64,000 nucleotides of DNA from Eledone cirrhosa (GCA_964016885.1 OZ024765.1:20708001-20772000), one strand, 5' to 3'. Counted from the stretch's first letter, positions 1 to 15,198 are shown. The notes: generated from the letters alone by a model not told the origin. Program-made: numbers and translations.

Positions 1-353
1 ATGTATATATACATATATATATACATATATGTATATATACATATATATATACATATATGTATATATACATATATATATACATATATATATGTATATATAT
101 ATATATACATATATATATATGTATATATATATATACATATATATATATGTATATATACATATATATACATATACATATATGTATATATACATATATATAT
201 ATACATATATATATATGTATATATATATATACATATACATTTATATATATACATATATATATATATACATATACATTTATATATATAAAATATATACATG
301 TATATATATATATACATATATATATACATATATATATACATATATATATATAT
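1..353. repeat. (TA)n/(TACA) microsatellite, representative of many tracts (e.g. 2015-3270, 9890-10575, 18030-19085, 22050-23975, 28730-30340)
   Basis: Read directly. Confidence 0.95.
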
Positions 354-652
354 AGGGGTTGGACAAAATAATGGAAACACCTAGCATCATAGCATCATAA
401 TTTTGGAATATCTATAAAACCGTCAAAAGCTTGTTTATTTTTATGTTTTTTGAATTATTATTAGTGTTGCTTAATATGTTTTGTTAAAATTGCTGTTTCT
501 TTTCAGCTATCATCAGAAAAAGGTAATTAAAATTCATTAAATGTCAGATCTATTGGACTTTCAAAGAGGTCAAATTGTTGGTGCTCGTATGGCAGGCGCT
601 GGCGTAACGAAAACAGCCGAAATGTTTGGTGTATGAAGAGGTACTGTCTCGA
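354..652 (+). mobile_element. Tc1-like DNA transposon 5' fragment (TIR plus dead transposase N-terminus)
   Basis: TIR-like aggggttggacaaaataatggaaacac follows a TA tract. ATG at 541 reads MSDLLDFQRGQIVGARMAGAGVTKTAEMFGV*RGTVSK (Tc1 HTH with premature stop). Truncated by a SINE. Confidence 0.8.
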
Positions 653-842
653 AATAATTGTTTCTACTTTAGGCACAAGGCCAGCAATTATCCAGTGTAT
701 TACTGGTACTTTATTTTATCGACCCACGTAAGGATGAAAGGCAAAGTTAACCTCGGCGGGATTTGAACTCAGACTGTAAAGGGACGTAACTATGCTAGAA
801 AGCATGGCGTCCGACCCTCTACCGATACTGCCAATTCCCCGC
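653..842 (-). mobile_element. tRNA-derived SINE with Nin/Deu-like domain (family A)
   Basis: Reverse complement has A box TGGCAGTATCGGT, B box GAGTTCAAATCC and GCCTTTCATCC...GTCGATAAAATAAAGTACCAG. Many copies occur in the window. Confidence 0.8.
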
Positions 843-940
843 CCTTTGTCTCGAAGTAATGCCAGCCTTTGAGAAAGAGGGAAAACCCTCCTCGTCGAAA
901 CAAAACTCCGGAAGAAAACAAAAATTTTCAGATAGGGAAA

Positions 941-1220
941 TAAAATATACTTGATCACAAGAATATCTATTATACATATTTCAGAGGTATTGAGTTCAGT
1001 TAAGCAGTACGTCCTCATCAGATAAAATAAGATGATGCATGACATACCCTGACATAGCAGATGGTTAAGATTCAGTCATGGTAGTCTTTACCATCTGCTA
1101 TGTCAGGGTATGTCATGCATCATCTTATTTTATCTGATGAGGATGTACGTACTGTTGAACTTAACTCAGTACCTCTGGAATATGTATAATAAAATATACT
1201 TGATCACAAGAATATCTATT
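941..1220. mobile_element. Fold-back Penelope-like cassette with a hammerhead in each arm
   Basis: Inverted repeat at ~968-1190. Plus arm 1128-1194 reads TTTTAT CTGATGA...GGAATATGTATA ATAAAA; minus arm ~965-1027 has canonical GAAA. Confidence 0.7.
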
Positions 1221-1321
1221 TTGTTAATATTTGAATTTTAATATATATATATATATATATAGATATATATATATAAAACTGTGGCCATGCTGGAGCACAA
1301 CCTTATATATGTAATATATAT

Positions 1322-1818
1322 AACCACCACCACCACACCACAACGCCACCACCACCACCACCACACCGCAACACCACCACCACCACAACACCACCACCAC
1401 CACTACACCACCACACCACCACCACACCACCACCACACCACAACCACCACTACACCACCACCACTACACCATTACCACCACCGCCGCCACTACACCACCA
1501 CCACCACCACCGCCGCCACCACCACCGCCGCCACTACACCACCACCACTACACCACCACCACCGCCACTACACCACCACCGCCGCCACTACACCACCACC
1601 ACCACCACCGCCGCCACCACCACCACCGCCACTACACCACCACCACCGCCACTACACCACCACCGCCGCCACTACACCACCACCACCACTACACCACCAC
1701 ACCACCACCGCCACTACACCACCGCCACCACCACACCACAACCACCACCACCACCGCCACTACACCACCACCACCGCCGCCACTACACCACCACCGCCGC
1801 CACTACACCACCACCAAA
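1322..1818. repeat. (CAC)n-type tract (others at 37333-37917, 48828-49875, 53420-53750, 58815-59690, 62298-62500)
   Basis: Read directly. Confidence 0.95.
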
Positions 1819-2041
1819 CATAAAGCAAAGTAAGAATGTTTATATATATTGATCACTCAACTTACTACAACAGTTGATTGATGTCTATTGATCAGTATCG
1901 ATCTTTATTGATCTGAATCGATGTCTATTGATCTGTATTGATCTGTATTGATTGGATGTTGCAATTGACTGCTGTTTTAGGGTTGTACCTGACTGAAGAA
2001 CACCGAGGGAAAATATATATATATACACACACACATACATA

Positions 2042-2145
<104 letters not shown>

Positions 2146-2226
2146 CATATATATACATATATATATATATATATACATATATATACATATATATACATAT
2201 ATATACATATATATACATATATATAC

Positions 2227-2401
<175 letters not shown>

Positions 2402-2407
2402 CATACA

Positions 2408-2795
<388 letters not shown>

Positions 2796-2800
2796 CATAT

Positions 2801-2831
<31 letters not shown>

Positions 2832-2858
2832 CATATATACATACATATATATATATAC

Positions 2859-2905
<47 letters not shown>

Positions 2906-3094
2906 CATATATACACACATATATATATACATATATATATATATATACATATATACACACATATATACATATATACATATACATATATACACACATATAT
3001 ATACATATATATATATATATATACATATATACACACATATATATATTATATATATATATACACACACACACTATATATATATATATATACATAT

Positions 3095-3127
<33 letters not shown>

Positions 3128-3132
3128 CATAT

Positions 3133-3167
<35 letters not shown>

Positions 3168-3271
3168 CATATACACACACACACACACATATATATACAT
3201 ACATACACATATATATACATACACACACATATATACACACACATACACATACACATACATATATATATACA

Positions 3272-3368
3272 CACGGTGTCCCCAAAAATGTATACACACT
3301 TTGATTACCTGTTCAGGCGATATTAAAATGCTGTTGAAGTGTGTATACATTTTTTGGGACACCCTGTA
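3272..3368. mobile_element. Tc1/mariner-type MITE
   Basis: ~30 bp TIRs cacggtgtccccaaaaatgtatacacactt / aagtgtgtatacattttttgggacaccctg in a TA context. Confidence 0.75.
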
Positions 3369-3501
3369 TATACATACATACACACATATATATATATATT
3401 CACATATGGACACTTAAATAGACACACTCAAACACATTCACACACGTGCACACACAAACTCACATATATACACACACATACAAATACATATAAACACATA
3501 C

Positions 3502-4000
3502 ATATAGAGATTACAATAATCAAAGTTCAGTTTAAATCATTTATTTGCTTACAATTGTTTCCTCCAAACCGAGGTTTGGATTCTTCAGAGCAACCATTTA
3601 GTGATTTATAACATACTTGACCTCCTTTTCAACACAAGAGACATATAAAAACATATGCATATATTGACCCACAGTGGGTTGACATCCATCATAATGATAG
3701 AGCATGGCAATTTACATATAAAGGTTAAAGGATTAAAATAAAAGTAAAAATAAAAATAATTTATTTTAATCCTTTAACCTTTATATGTAAATTGCCATGC
3801 TATATCATTATGATGGATGTCATCCCACTGTGGGTCAATATATGCATATGTTTTTATATGTCTCTTGTGTTGAAAAGGAGGTCAAGTATGTTATAGATCA
3901 CTAAATAGTTGCTCCGAAGAATCCAAACCTCGGTTTGGAGGAAACAATTGTAAGCAAATAAATGATTTAAACTGAACTTTGATTATTGTAATCTCTATAT
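3502..4000. mobile_element. ~500 bp fold-back cassette (~240 bp arms) of Penelope-like pLTR type
   Basis: Near-perfect inverted repeat atatagagattacaataatc...gattattgtaatctctatat with a hammerhead in each arm. Confidence 0.8.
3545..3593 (-). ncRNA. Type I hammerhead ribozyme (intact core)
   Basis: TTGCT CTGAAGA aTCCAAAC ctcg GTTTGGAg GAAACAATTGTA AGCAA: stems I and II pair, stem III is the palindrome ACAATTGT, GUA site. The plus-arm copy at 3909-3957 has CCGAAGA. Confidence 0.85.
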
Positions 4001-4518
4001 AACTGCTCTGTAAAACAACTGATGTTGTTACATTGAGCTATTTATCTTACTGGTAATAAGATAGTAATGAATGACTATCTTTCACTATTTGGGGTTTATA
4101 TATAAAAAATATATAACCATAAAAGGTTTATTATATACATAACCATAAATAGTATCCTTAATACTAAACACATACATACATCTGCAACTTGATAACATCT
4201 TTCTTCTCCATACCGGTAATTGATGGGGGTCTGTGGTTGGTTTAATGACCAAACAGTGAAGAATCAACACTGAAAACCTGCTGGTAGATATATCAATAAA
4301 TTCCATCACTAAATTATATACAGATGAGAGCTGTCTGGTGAAATTATATCTGAAGGTTTAGAATTATGTAACAGGTACCATGGAAATATGTATAACAGCT
4401 GCTATGTAATAGATAATATGTGGTGAAGTATAAACCTCTGTCAAACTGGGTAATCCCTTCTAATATGTTGAATGGTATACTGACGTTGAATGCTTTATAA
4501 TGATTCCACCCCCCTCTC

Positions 4519-4552
<34 letters not shown>

Positions 4553-4555
<3 letters not shown>

Positions 4556-5075
4556 TAGCAGTGGTACCCGGCGTTGCATGGGATAAGGTATTGTGAAATA
4601 TATAACCACCTTAGCTAAGCTTAGTATTGCCACAACCACGGCTGGCAAAGAAGTAAGGGTCTGGTGGTACGTAAGTAAGCAACACTGTGGCTTAAAACGT
4701 GAGGAAGAAGTTGTGTGCACTTACCAACTGTTTGGGGAATGAGTGTGAGATTTGTCTTGAGCAAGGGTGGCAGAATAACCGGAGGCAACAGACAGCCAGA
4801 CATACAGACAGATATTATAAGGGCACGACTTTATATGTATGTATCTATCTAAAAAGAGAAAGACTAAGAATTATAGAGAGAGATCGCTAAATCGCCTAAT
4901 GCTGTCCCTAGGGCATTGAAAATTTGAAATTTTGTTTTGCTCAGAACACTCCCTGAAACATAAGTATTACATGTGTAAAGTTTGAAAACAGTCGGTTGGG
5001 TGCTTCTCTAGTTTTAGGGATTCAAACTCACACACACACAGACATCCTCAGTTTTATATATATATATATATAGAT
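4553..5075 (+). mobile_element. Non-autonomous Helitron/Helentron-like fragments
   Basis: Starts TACTAGCAGTGGTACCCGGCGTTGCATGGG, has internal cagacag/caca tracts and ends ...cagacatcctcagttttatatatagat, resembling HINE-type ends. Confidence 0.5.
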
Positions 5076-5138
5076 ATATATGTGTGTGTTTATGTATACA
5101 TACATAAATACATATGCATGTATATATATATATATGAC

Positions 5139-5200
<62 letters not shown>

Positions 5201-5218
5201 GTCATGTAGGTATTATAG

Positions 5219-5815
5219 CAAAAAAGCACCCAGCACTCACTGTAGATGAGGTTGGTGTTAGGAAGGGCATCCAGCTGTAGAAATCAAGCCAGAATCAGTT
5301 CTGTATGAACAAGACATGGTCACCTGACCTGGCATTGCCCACAACAGGACAGCTCGTCTAACCCATGCTAGTGTAGAAAAATGGGCGTAAAATGGTGATG
5401 ATAATGATGATAATATATATATATATACACATACATACATATATAAATATATATATATGCACACACACACATATATATGTATATGCATGTGTATGCCTCC
5501 CATGGGTACAAGCTGAAGCATATAGACAATATGCCCCCACACCCTCCCACTGCAAGGTGGTCGTGGAGGTGCCACGGCAAAAAAGCACCCAGCCCACACT
5601 GTAAAGTGGACGTGTAGGCGCCCCGAAAAAGCACCCAGCACTCACTGTAAATGAGGTTGGTGTTAGGAAGGGCATCCAGCTGTAGAAATCAAGCCAAATC
5701 AGTTCCTGTATGAGCAAGGTATGGTCAGCCGACCAGACACTGCCCACAACAGGACAACCCGTCTAACCCATGCTAGTGTGGAAGAACGGACGTAAAACGG
5801 TGATGATGATGATGT
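5219..5815 (+). mobile_element. Two RTE 3'-end / RTE-related SINE copies with (GAT)n tail
   Basis: Shared motif ggtgttaggaagggcatccagctgtagaaa...gacgtaaaacggtgatgatgat. Matches the 3' region of the RTE at 46165-46500. Confidence 0.7.
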
Positions 5816-5977
5816 ATATATATATATATACATGCCTAGATATATATATGCATGCATATATATGTATATACATGCATATGTATGTGTGTGTTTATGTGTT
5901 TGTGTGTGTGTGTTTAGCTAAGAAAAAAGACATTGACTTTGAGTTTTAACCTTGACAACGGAAGAAGGCAAAATTGT

Positions 5978-6008
<31 letters not shown>

Positions 6009-6623
6009 CGTTCACACACACACATTTTCACATACATTCACACACAGACCTGTCTATCTATCTATACACACACACACACATTGAGACAGAAACACACACA
6101 GACATTCAGACCTATTTATCTATCTGCCTATCTATCTACACACACACACACAGATACACACATACACACACATACACACACACACATACACAGAGAGACA
6201 GAGTCACACATACACAGAGTGACAGACACACACACACACAGATACACACATACACACATATACATACACAGAGAGACAGACTCACACAGACACACAGATA
6301 CACACATACACACACATACACACATATACATACACAGAGAGACAGACTCACACACACACACAGATACACATATACACACACATACACAGAGAGACAGACA
6401 CACACACACACACAGATACACACATACACACATATACACACATACACACACATACACACACACATACACAGATAGACAGACACACATACACAGATAGACA
6501 GACACACACACACACACAGATACACCGAGACAGACTCACACACACAGAGACAGACACACACACACACACACACATACACACATACACACATACAGACAGA
6601 CACAGACATAAAAACACACACTG

Positions 6624-6655
<32 letters not shown>

Positions 6656-7334
6656 ACACACACTGACATGCACACACAGACACACACTGACGCACACAAA
6701 CACACAGAGACAGACACACACACACACTGACACGCACACACACACACACAGACACAGACACACACTGACACGCACACAAACACACAGAGACAGACACACA
6801 CACACAGAGACAGACACACACACACACAGACATAAACACACATACTGACACGCACACACACACACAGACAGACACACACACAGACATAAAAACACACACT
6901 GACACGCACACACACACACATACACACACAGACAGACATACACACAGACACACACACACAGACAGACACACACACACTGACACGCACACACACACAGACA
7001 GACACACACACTGACACACACACATAAAAATACACACACACTGACACGCACACACACACAGACAGACACACACACTGACACACACACATAAAAATACACA
7101 CTGACAGACAAACACACACTGACACACACGCACACACACTGACACACACAGACATAAAAACAGACAGACAGACAGACACACACACACACAGACAGACACA
7201 CACAGACACTGACACACACTGACATAAAAACACACACAGACATAAAAACAGACACTGACACACACACAGACATAAAAATACACAAAGACACACACACACA
7301 CACAGACACACACACAGACACACAAACACACACT

Positions 7335-7373
<39 letters not shown>

Positions 7374-7590
7374 ACACAGACTCTTGTATTGATCAATTTT
7401 GGCAGAATATTTTACCATATTCGGTTCTGTTGTAACTTTGGCACTAATTAGATCACATCTCTCTCTTTATATCTATATACATATATATATATAGATATAT
7501 ATAGATATATATAGATATATAGATATATATATAGATATATATGTTTTTCTCTCTCTACCTTCACATCTCTCTCTCTCTCTCTCTCTCTCT

Positions 7591-7655
<65 letters not shown>

Positions 7656-7667
7656 TATATTGTATAT

Positions 7668-7835
7668 ACCCACACTGTAAATGTGGTTGGTGTTAGGAAG
7701 GGCATCCAGCTGTAGAAAACCCGCCAGACAGTCCTATGCGAGCAAGACAATCACTCTTGCCTCAAGTGGGAAAACTCCCGTCCAAACCCATGCAAGCATG
7801 GAACACGGACGTTAAACGTTGATGATGATAATGAT
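7668..7835 (+). mobile_element. RTE-related 3' element with (GAT)n tail
   Basis: Same family as 9720-9888, 42985-43150 and 47570-47728. Confidence 0.7.
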
Positions 7836-8187
7836 ATATATATATATACTTCACATCTCTCTTTAACTCTCTTTCTTTTTACATCTCTCTATCTCTCTCA
7901 TATATATACATACTTCACATCTCTCTCCCTTTCTCTCTTGGGTCAGGTGACCATCTCTCGCTCATATAGGACAGTTTCTGGCTTGTATCCTAGACTGAAT
8001 GCCCTTCCTAACACCAATCACATTTACAGTGTGGACTGGGTGCATTTTGTCATGACCCCTACATCATCTAAAATCAGCTAGTAGGAGGTTTAATGAAAAA
8101 ACAATTTAACCTCATAACAAATGTTTTGAAGATCCAAAACAGAGAAAGCAGGCTTTGCTAACATAAATTTTTTGTACATTTATAAAG

Positions 8188-8231
<44 letters not shown>

Positions 8232-8343
8232 TATATATATATATGCACTTTTCAAACCCCTTTTTTACCATCATTCTCCTTATATATATATATAGGTGTG
8301 GTGTGGTGTGGTGTGGTGTGGTGTGGTGTGGTGTGGTGTGTGT

Positions 8344-8500
8344 GAGTCCTGGGTTCAATCGGGGTAACCCAGTAAGTAAGGACCTCAATACATTAGTAGA
8401 GTATACACAAAATTTTATATGGAAATGGCTTCTACAGGACTAGAACTGTTTCACTGGAATGAAACAGCTCTAGTCCTGTAGAAGCCATTTCTATATTAAA
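8344..8500. mobile_element. Penelope-like terminus with fold-back of the hammerhead 3' half (family H1)
   Basis: Homologous to 15900-16085 and 21293-21424. Inverted repeat ggcttctacaggactagaactgtttc...gaaacagctctagtcctgtagaagcc, with the CUGAUGA half lost. Confidence 0.65.
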
Positions 8501-8545
8501 TGTTCATATATATATATATATGTATATATATATGACAAAGAAAGA

Positions 8546-8710
8546 GTGGTAAGATACCAGGTGGACCATAATGTACCAGAGTACTCAATACTTAGGATAG
8601 TAGAGTGGGTAATAGGAAAAGAGTCAGGACCCCAATGGCTGAGCTTCGAACTGTTCAGATCTAGCTGTCGAAACGGCTGGAGCTCAGCTGTCGAGGTCCT
8701 GACTCTTTTC
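8546..8710. mobile_element. Fold-back element family H2 (also 27497-27690, 30347-30490, 42338-42555)
   Basis: Shared gtggtaag..ccaggtggaccataa..gtactcaatact..gtagagtgggtaata arm, then an inverted repeat containing GAAACGGCT..AGCTGTC (hammerhead stem III / GUC half). Confidence 0.65.
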
Positions 8711-8713
8711 ATG

Positions 8714-8784
<71 letters not shown>

Positions 8785-8936
8785 AAAGTCTGTCTTAGGC
8801 CAGAAGGCTCATTTGGCCGGTACTTATCCCGGTTTCATGGCGTGAAGCGACTGAGAGTACAAGACTCCCCCCTGGAGAGGACGCCAGTCCATCACAGGTT
8901 TAAACCTCCAGCTATTGCTGGCACTTATTTTCAGCT
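8785..8936 (-). mobile_element. SINE 3' fragment (V/Deu-like domain)
   Basis: Reverse complement contains cctgtgatggactggcgtcctctccagggggagt...gaaaccgggataag, a conserved SINE core motif. Confidence 0.55.
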
Positions 8937-8989
8937 TATATATATATAATATATATATTATATATATATTATATATTATATATATATAT

Positions 8990-9292
8990 ACACTGAGGAT
9001 GAAAAACTCAGAGCTGTATGGGAGCATCCCAAAAGTCAGCTCAAAAGTGACACAGAGGAGACTGAGGTTAGCTGGACATGCTCACCGACATCCAGAGTTG
9101 ACATTGCACTCAGTGCTCCTGCGGGAGCCCCTACATGGACACACTAGAAGAGGAAGACCAAGGTTAACGTATGTTGATGCCCTAAGGACAGACACTGGTC
9201 TGTTGGAGATGCAGGACATGGCAGCGATAATGAAGGACAGAGACCGCTGGAGAGAACTCGTACATGGATCTCGGGAATTTTACCCGCCTTAG
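8990..9292 (+). mobile_element. RTE-type LINE ORF C-terminal fragment (family R1)
   Basis: QRRLRLAGHAHRHPE...[10 protein letters not shown]...DRDRWRELV. Near-identical copies at 21532-21737 and 41895-42308. Confidence 0.85.
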
Positions 9293-9324
9293 AGAGATAT
9301 ATATATATATTATATATATATATA

Positions 9325-9888
9325 TAAAGTGCAGGGCAATAAAGATAGACGGTAGCCACAGAGTAGGCAGACCCAGAAAAGCCTGGGACGACTTGATAAA
9401 TTCCGACCTCACACGCTTACACCTCTCCAAGACAATGTCACTGGACTGAGACCTTTGGCGGTACTCAGTAATAGAGAAGACCCGCCTTACCTAAATACAA
9501 AGTAAAACCTACTACAGTCAGTAGGCACCTCTAACAAAACACACCCCCGTCCCACCACCCCCATCCCCACCCCATCCACACCGCCCCTTTCAATGTAAAG
9601 TTATGTTGGTGCCACACCATCCAGGCCGAAACAAATGAGATCGTGTAGGTGTCACGACAAAATAACACACAGTCCACGCTGTAATGTGGCCGTGTAGGCA
9701 ACACGGTAAAAACCTCCCAGCCCCACACTGTAAATGTGCTTGGTGTTAGGAAGGGCATCCAGCTGTAGAAAACACGCCAGACAGTCCTATGCGAGCAAGA
9801 CAACCACTCTTGCCTCAAGTGGGAAAACTCCCGTCCAAACCCATGCAAGCGTGGAACATGGACGTTAAACGATGATGATGATGATGAT
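9325..9888 (+). mobile_element. RTE LINE 3' end (family R2) with (GAT)n tail
   Basis: KCRAIKIDGSHRVGRPRKAWDD plus 3' region; reverse-complement copy of 42985-43545. Confidence 0.75.
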
Positions 9889-10130
9889 ATATATAATATA
9901 TATATATAATATATATATAATATATAATATATATATAATATATATATATATATAATATATATATATATAATATATATATATATATAATATATATAATATA
10001 TATATATATATAATATATATAATATATATATATATAATATATATATATATATATAATATATATATATATATAATATATATAATATATATATATATATAAT
10101 ATATATAATATATATATATATAATATATAT

Positions 10131-10162
<32 letters not shown>

Positions 10163-10361
10163 ACATATATATATATAATATATATATAATATATATATAT
10201 ATAATATATATATATATAGATATATACACATATATATAATATATATATATATATATATAATATATATATATATAATATATATATATACACATATATATAA
10301 TATATATATATATATATATAATATATATATATATAATATATATATATATATAGATATATAC

Positions 10362-10406
<45 letters not shown>

Positions 10407-10418
10407 TATATAATATAT

Positions 10419-10475
<57 letters not shown>

Positions 10476-10939
10476 TATATATAATATATATATATATAAT
10501 ATATATATATATAATATATATATATATAATATATATATATATAATATATATATATATAATATATATATATATATAGAGAGAGAGAGCGATAGTTAGATAA
10601 ATATACATAAATACATAAATGGGAGTGAAATCTTTCCTTCTCTGATATTATTAAAACTTTGGTTTTGCTAACAACGAGATATTCCAAATTTCCAACATAC
10701 TTCGGAATATTAGAAGTGAGCAGATGATGAGAGACAAATTTAATATTGGTTTTATTAAATTTAATACGAGAATAATGAATATTTGATTGGGGAAACGTTT
10801 CAAAAATAGAAGTTGATTAAATAAATATAATATAATATGGCAGGAATAAGAGTTGCAAATATGGCAGCTATGTTAACAATGAAGACATATTTAGGGAGAA
10901 GGAAGGGGTGAGGGATAGATTTAGATAGTTCTAGGTATA

Positions 10940-11795
10940 AATAATTGGGTCTACTTTAGGGACAAGGCCATCAATTTGAAGGGGAGGGAAAAGTAGATTA
11001 AATGGACTTAAGTTCATTACCGGTACTTTATTTTTTATCAGCCCCAATAATGGTTTCTTATATAGGGACAGGGCCAGCAATTTGAAGGGGAGGGAAAAGT
11101 AGATTAAATGGACTTAAGTTCATTACTGGTACTTTATTTTTTATCAGCCCCAATAATGGTTTCTTATATAGGGACAGGGCCAGCAATTTGAAGGGGAGGG
11201 AAAAGTAGATTAAATGGACTTAAGTTCATTACTGGTACTTTATTTTTTATCAGCCCCAATAATGGTTTCTTATATAGGGACAGGGCCAGCAATTTGAAGG
11301 GGAGGGAAAAGTAGATTAAATGGACTTAAGTTCATTACTGGTACTTTATTTTTTATCAGCCCCAATAATGGTTTCTTATATAGGGACAGGGCCAGCAATT
11401 TGAAGGGGAGGGAAAAGTAGATTAAATGGACTTAAGTTCATTACTGGTACTTTATTTTTTATCAGCCCCAATAATGGTTTCTTATATAGGGACAGGGCCA
11501 GCAATTTGAAGGGGAGGGAAAAGTAGATTAAATGGACTTAAGTTCATTACTGGTACTTTATTTTTTATCAGCCCCAATAATGGTTTCTTATATAGGGACA
11601 AGGCCAGCAATTTGAAGGGGAGGGAAAAGTAGATTAAATCGACCCCAGAGCATTACTGGTACTTTATTTTATCGACCCTGTAAGGATGAAAGGCAAAGTT
11701 AACCTCGGCGGGATTTGAACTCAGAACGTAAAGGGGTATAACTCTATGCTGCGAAGCATGGTGTCCGACGCTCTAGCGATTTTAGTACCAATTCA
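10940..11795 (-). repeat. 106-bp tandem array (~6.5 copies) of the SINE 3' part, joined to a full SINE
   Basis: Unit starts at 11046 and 11152. The last unit continues into the SINE B-box head at 11640-11795. Confidence 0.85.
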
Positions 11796-11796
11796 C

Positions 11797-11828
<32 letters not shown>

Positions 11829-12055
11829 CATACACAGACACACACACACACACATATGTATATATACATACAGACACACGCACACATATATATATATACA
11901 CAGATACACACATATATATATACATACACAGACACAGACACACATATATATATATATACATACAGACACACACACACATATATATATATACATACACAGA
12001 CACACACACACACATATATATATATATAAATATACACACACACACACATATATAT

Positions 12056-12098
<43 letters not shown>

Positions 12099-12199
12099 CA
12101 TACACAGACACACACACATATATATATATACATACACACACATATATATATATATATATATACATACACACACAGACACACACATATATATATATACAT

Positions 12200-12238
<39 letters not shown>

Positions 12239-12304
12239 CACAGACACACACATATATATATATAAACACACACACATATATATATATACATACACACACA
12301 GACA

Positions 12305-12340
<36 letters not shown>

Positions 12341-12599
12341 TCTATAGAGAAAGAGAGAAAGAGAGAGAAGAGGTGTTATAATCTATAGATGAAGTGTTAG
12401 TGAGAAGAAGTCTGGCCCTGCCCCACCCCTACTCTACCAACTGCCAAATTACTGATTCCACTGGCAGAAGAAGTCTTTGGTCTTTCATCAGAATTTATTG
12501 ATTTTCTCGGCTTTCGTTGGGCTTTTTTTTCCTCTCTTCCTCTCTTCTTCTTTCGTTTGTTTCAATGATGGAGAGAAAGAGAGGAATAATAATAATAAT

Positions 12600-13200
12600 G
12601 ATAATAATTGTTTTTACTTTAGGCACAAGGCCAGCAATTACCCCAGTGTATTACTGGTACTTTATTTTATCAACCCTGTAATAATTATTTCTACTTTTGG
12701 CACAAGGCCAGCAATTACATCAGTGTATTACTGGTACTTTATTTTATCAACCCTATAATAATTACATCAGTGTATTACTGGTACTTTATTTTATCAACCC
12801 TATAATAATTGTGTATTACTGGTACTTTATTTTATCAACCCTGTAATAATTATTTCTACTCTTGGCACAAGGCCAGCAATTACATCAGTGTATTACTGGT
12901 ACTTTATTTTATCAACCCTATAATAATTGTTTCTACTTTTGGCACAAAGCCAGCAATTACCCCAGTGCATTACTGGTACTTTATTTTATCAACCCTGTAA
13001 TAATTATTTCTACTTTTGGTACAAGGCCAGCAATTACCCCAGTGTATTACTGGTACTTTATTTTATCAACCACTGTAAGGATAAAACGCAAAGCTAACCT
13101 CGCCAGGATTTGAACTCAGATCATAAAGGGCCATAACTCTATATTACAAAGCATGGTGTCCAACTCCAGCGCTCTACCAATTCAGTTGCCATTCCATCAC
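12600..13200 (-). repeat. Tandem array (~75-bp units) of the family A SINE 3' part, plus SINE head
   Basis: Repeated ggcacaaggccagcaattac..gtgtattactggtactttattttatcaaccct, followed by gatttgaactcag. Confidence 0.8.
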
Positions 13201-13639
13201 CTTTATAATAAAGAAGAAAAATATTAAAAAATAAATGAAATGAATACAAAACAAAGAGAATTTATTTATTTTCTGCGTATTTTATTTATTAGAAAAATCT
13301 AGATATTAATCCTGATACTGGATAAACTCGTAAAAAAAAACAAGAAAAAAAGGAACAATTAAACATATTCGTTGCCAATGTATGAGGTCAAATATTATTA
13401 TTATTATTATTATTATTTTATGTTCTCCATGCAACAGAAATTGTGCTGATAAAGATTTTTTTTTCAAAATATCTACTATATATATTGTTTTTTGTTTGTG
13501 TAGTAAATTCATAAATTTAGTTAAAACTAAAAAAATTAGAAAAAAAAAAGTAATAGAAATAACATTTAAAAAAAATTCTGGCTGGATATTATTATTATTA
13601 TTATTATAATTATTATTATTATTATGAATATGTAGTAAT

Positions 13640-14420
13640 TTTGAGCTACAGAGCTAGTTTGAGCCTCATATTGCACCATAGAGCAAGTTGGAGTTTCAAT
13701 TTGAGCCACAGAGCTAGTTTGAGACTCAATTTGAGCCACATAAACAATTTTGAGACTAAATTTGAACTAGGGAGCAAATTTGAGTTTCAATTTCAGCCAC
13801 AGAGCTAGTTTGAGACTCAATTTGAGCCACATAGGAATTTTGAGACTAAATTTGAACCATAGAGCAAGTTTGAGTCCCATTAATCTTGCACCACAGAACA
13901 AGTTTGAGTTTCAATTTGAGCTGCAGAGCTAGTTTGAGACTCAATTTGAGCCACATAACAATTTTGAGACTAAATTTGAACCACAGAGCAAGTTTGGATC
14001 TCAATTTGAGCCACAGAGACAGTTTGAGACTCAATTTGAGCCACATAACAATTTTGAGACTAAATTTGAACCATGGAGTAAGTTTGAGCCTCATCTTGCA
14101 CAACAGAGCTAGTGTAAACTGCAATTTGCATAAAAGAGCGACTTTGAAGTTCACTCTACTCCATATAACATAGTTTGAGAGGAATTTTGAGTGACACAGC
14201 TAATTTCAGCCACAAAGACTCATTTTGAGACTCACTTTAAGCCACAGAGTTAAATCAAGTTTTATTTTACATCACAGAGCTAGTGTAAACCCCAATTTGC
14301 ATAAAAGAAATAGTTATATATTTCCTTTTGCAGCACATAGCAAGTTTGAGCCTCATTTTGGGTCACAAAACTAAGATTTTAAACATTGTTTTGTTTTGAG
14401 CCACAGAGGTAGATTTGAGC
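13640..14420. repeat. Degenerate ~30-bp minisatellite
   Basis: Recurring gagccacagagctagtttgagactcaattt variants. Confidence 0.75.
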
Positions 14421-14635
14421 CCCATCTTGCAATGACATATACTTTTAACATATAAGATACATTAGCATGCATCCGGCAACATATAGATGTACATTGGGTG
14501 TTGAATCTTCTCAACGGTGAGAAGTTATATATCATATTGTATTCTGAACACATCCACACACTTCCATACACACACACACATATATATATATATCTGTGTA
14601 CATGTGTGTGTATATATATATATATATATGTGTGC

Positions 14636-14699
<64 letters not shown>

Positions 14700-14811
14700 A
14701 TACATATATGTGTGTGTGTGTGTGTATATATATATGTATATATATATATATACATATATCTAAATGTGCATATATATATATGTGTGCATATATACATATA
14801 TATGCATACAT

Positions 14812-14847
<36 letters not shown>

Positions 14848-15147
14848 GATGATGATGACTGCAACTTGATTTCGAGTAATGCCATCGCTTGATACTTGAG
14901 CATTATGGACGTGGCATTTTAGTCCTGCTAGGAGCTTGCCTGTGGCCAGCAATACCATACATTGCAAAGAATGTCACATATCAAGCGATGCCTGTTTATA
15001 TATATAAACATGTTTTAATACACAGTAATTAGACATATACGTCTTCAAAAATATTTGGTTTCATTGGAATCTTTTGGTTAGAATAACAAATTCCATTATG
15101 GGAGATTGTATGTTTGTACTGTAACACCCAATCTTTAGTTTTGAAGT

Positions 15148-15198
<51 letters not shown>

